Shown here: piece by piece, positions 62,712 to 64,000 of the stretch
How the letters are laid out: the number at the start of each line of letters is the position of its first letter
Position numbering within the stretch: position 1 is the stretch's first letter
Origin: Dehalococcoidia bacterium
GTDB lineage: Bacteria; Chloroflexota; Dehalococcoidia; Lucifugimonadales; UBA3495
Reading direction: 5' to 3'
DNA: 64,000 nt
NCBI GenBank assembly: GCA_965220105.1
Contig: OZ244811.1
Coordinates: 709,157 to 773,156 of the forward strand
Program-made: the position numbers and the translations under genes
Notes under the pieces: model-generated
Databases searched by the model: none
Told to the model about the DNA's origin: nothing
What the model saw: the letters and a program-made list of their open reading frames with translations, nothing else

Positions 62712-64000
62712 CTATCCTCGGACCACCAGCGTGATCTGAGGTGTGCCGCCCCGGCGCCGGCGTTCCTCTTCCTCGTCGTCCCGGCGGCGACGTCCGCCGC
62801 CCCCGCGTCGCGCCGCTCCCCCGCCGCCCGTCAATCCCGCGTAGGGGTCGGGTTTCTTGGCCAGACCTTGACCAGGGCGCAGAGCGACCTTGCGGCGTTC
62901 GGCCTTGGACTCTTCGCTCAGCCCCTGCCCGGATCGCTGTTTGATGGTGGGCCTGGACCCGCCGCCGCTCCGGGCGGATCGTGATTGGTTCTCGAACCGC
63001 TCCCTCATTTTGGCCCGTTGTTCTGCAGTGGGCGCCGTGAACTCGCTCCGTTGCCGGATCTTGGGCCGTTCGCCGACGTTGGCGGACTGAGCCTGGAAAC
63101 GCTCATTCATCCGTGCCCGTTGCTCAGCAGTCGGCGGCGTGAACTGGGCAGGTTGCCGGATCTGAGGCCGTTCGCCGACGCTGGCGGACCGAGCTTCCGA
63201 CAGCGCGGCCTCCACCACCTGGCGATCCGCATCAGACACACCGTGGGGATGGATCTCGGCTGCGCCCGGGTCGCGCAGCCTGGCGTCGCGCCGTCGCGTA
63301 GCCGACTCCAACAGGACCTGATCCTCCGTGGCTTCGATGATCAACGGACCGGACCGGTGGACGTTGCCGGCGGGGTCCTCGGGCGAATACGCTGTTACCT
63401 TCGCGGTGCCGATGGACACATGCTCCACCGGTGTGATGGTTTGCTCACCGGTGACCAGGTCAGTGGTCGTCTTGGTGACGTCGTAGTGCGTGATTTCCCG
63501 AGGGTTCAGGCCGGGTTCGACATCCACCGGATCCGGTATAACTCGGCGGCTCACGTCGTCATCAGAACTGCCAGAACCGCCGCGGCCGCGTTGTAGCAGT
63601 GCCCGGCCGGTGTCGCCAGCGGTGCTGGTGCGCTGCCGCTCAATCGAGATCGAAGGCGTTTGGGGGATGCGGGGCTCCGGCACGCGAGGGGCAGGGACGC
63701 GAGGCTCCGGCTGGGGCAGGCGCGGCGCCGGGACCTCCCGCGTGCGCAGCTGTTGGGGCTCGGGCAGTCGTGGCTCTGGGACGCGAGGCTCCGGCTGGGG
63801 CAGGCGCGGCGCCGGGACCTCCGGCGTGCGCAGCTGTTGGGGCTCGGGCAGTCGTGGCTCTGGGACGCGAGGCTCCGGCTGGGGCAGGCGCGGCGCTGGG
63901 ACCTCCGGCGTGCGCAGCTGTTGGGGCTCGGGCAGTCGTGGCTCTGGGACGCGAGGCTCCGGTTGGGGAACCCTTGGGCTTACAAGGCCAAAGCGATCAG
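62712..64000 (-). CDS. Low-complexity Pro/Arg-rich repeat protein (5' partial)
   Basis: Frame is open from the window end to the stop at 62712; 28-aa and 34-aa internal repeats; highly charged tail. Confidence 0.65.
   Translation of the reverse strand, partial: DRFGLVSPRVPQPEPRVPEPRLPEPQQLRTPEVPAPRLPQPEPRVPEPRLPEPQQLRTPEVPAPRLPQPEPRVPEPRLPEPQQLRTREVPAPRLPQPEPRVPAPRVPEPRIPQTPSISIERQRTSTAGDTGRALLQRGRGGSGSSDDDVSRRVIPDPVDVEPGLNPREITHYDVTKTTTDLVTGEQTITPVEHVSIGTAKVTAYSPEDPAGNVHRSGPLIIEATEDQVLLESATRRRDARLRDPGAAEIHPHGVSDADRQVVEAALSEARSASVGERPQIRQPAQFTPPTAEQRARMNERFQAQSANVGERPKIRQRSEFTAPTAEQRAKMRERFENQSRSARSGGGSRPTIKQRSGQGLSEESKAERRKVALRPGQGLAKKPDPYAGLTGGGGAARRGGGGRRRRDDEEEERRRRGGTPQITLVVRG
63694..63968. 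repeat. 84-bp coding tandem repeat (~3.3 copies)
   Basis: Units start at 63694, 63778, 63862 and 63946; encodes PEPRVPEPRLPEPQQLRTPEVPAPRLPQ on the minus strand. Confidence 0.92.

Larger units (their letters stand above)
46073..64000. mobile_element. tRNA-targeting integrated element (extends beyond the window)
   Basis: att fragment, integrase, excisionase-like HTH, replication-relaxation gene and membrane/adhesin operon. Confidence 0.75.

Noticed and set aside
63694-63968. Possible CRISPR array in the terminal repeats
   Set aside because: Units are contiguous 84-bp in-frame coding repeats with no unique spacers, and no cas genes are present

Overview
High-GC bacterial DNA. The gene mix (three luciferase-like monooxygenases, DUF1800/DUF1501, DUF3090/SCO1664, MetE-like enzyme, NHL/Fn3/cadherin/YWTD repeat proteins) suggests Chloroflexota of the Dehalococcoidia/SAR202 type, possibly host-associated; this is inference only. 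There are three zones. (1) 1-28.1 kb is core and catabolic: comM end, modABC, LLM/epoxide hydrolase/Liv-type ABC cluster, GMC-DUF1800-NHL-DUF1501, and a six-gene minus-strand catabolic run, dotted with CGTC/GTAG-type palindromic repeats. (2) 28.1-46.07 kb is a decayed, IS-rich accessory island: a MITE, IS5, three abutting IS630s with a nested IS1380, IS701, a CoiA-like nuclease, a frameshifted nuclease-STAND (Avs-like) gene, and a toxin-like ORF paired with an ImmA/IrrE protein lacking two zinc ligands. (3) 46.07 kb to the window end is an integrated element bounded by a tRNA 3'-end fragment. It has a tyrosine integrase, an excisionase-like HTH, a doubled replication-relaxation protein and a tightly coupled operon of membrane and adhesin-like proteins. 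No T4SS ATPase or tailed-phage gene is visible, so it is a candidate non-tailed, membrane-associated virus-like or novel integrative element. No rRNA, intact tRNA or CRISPR array was seen.
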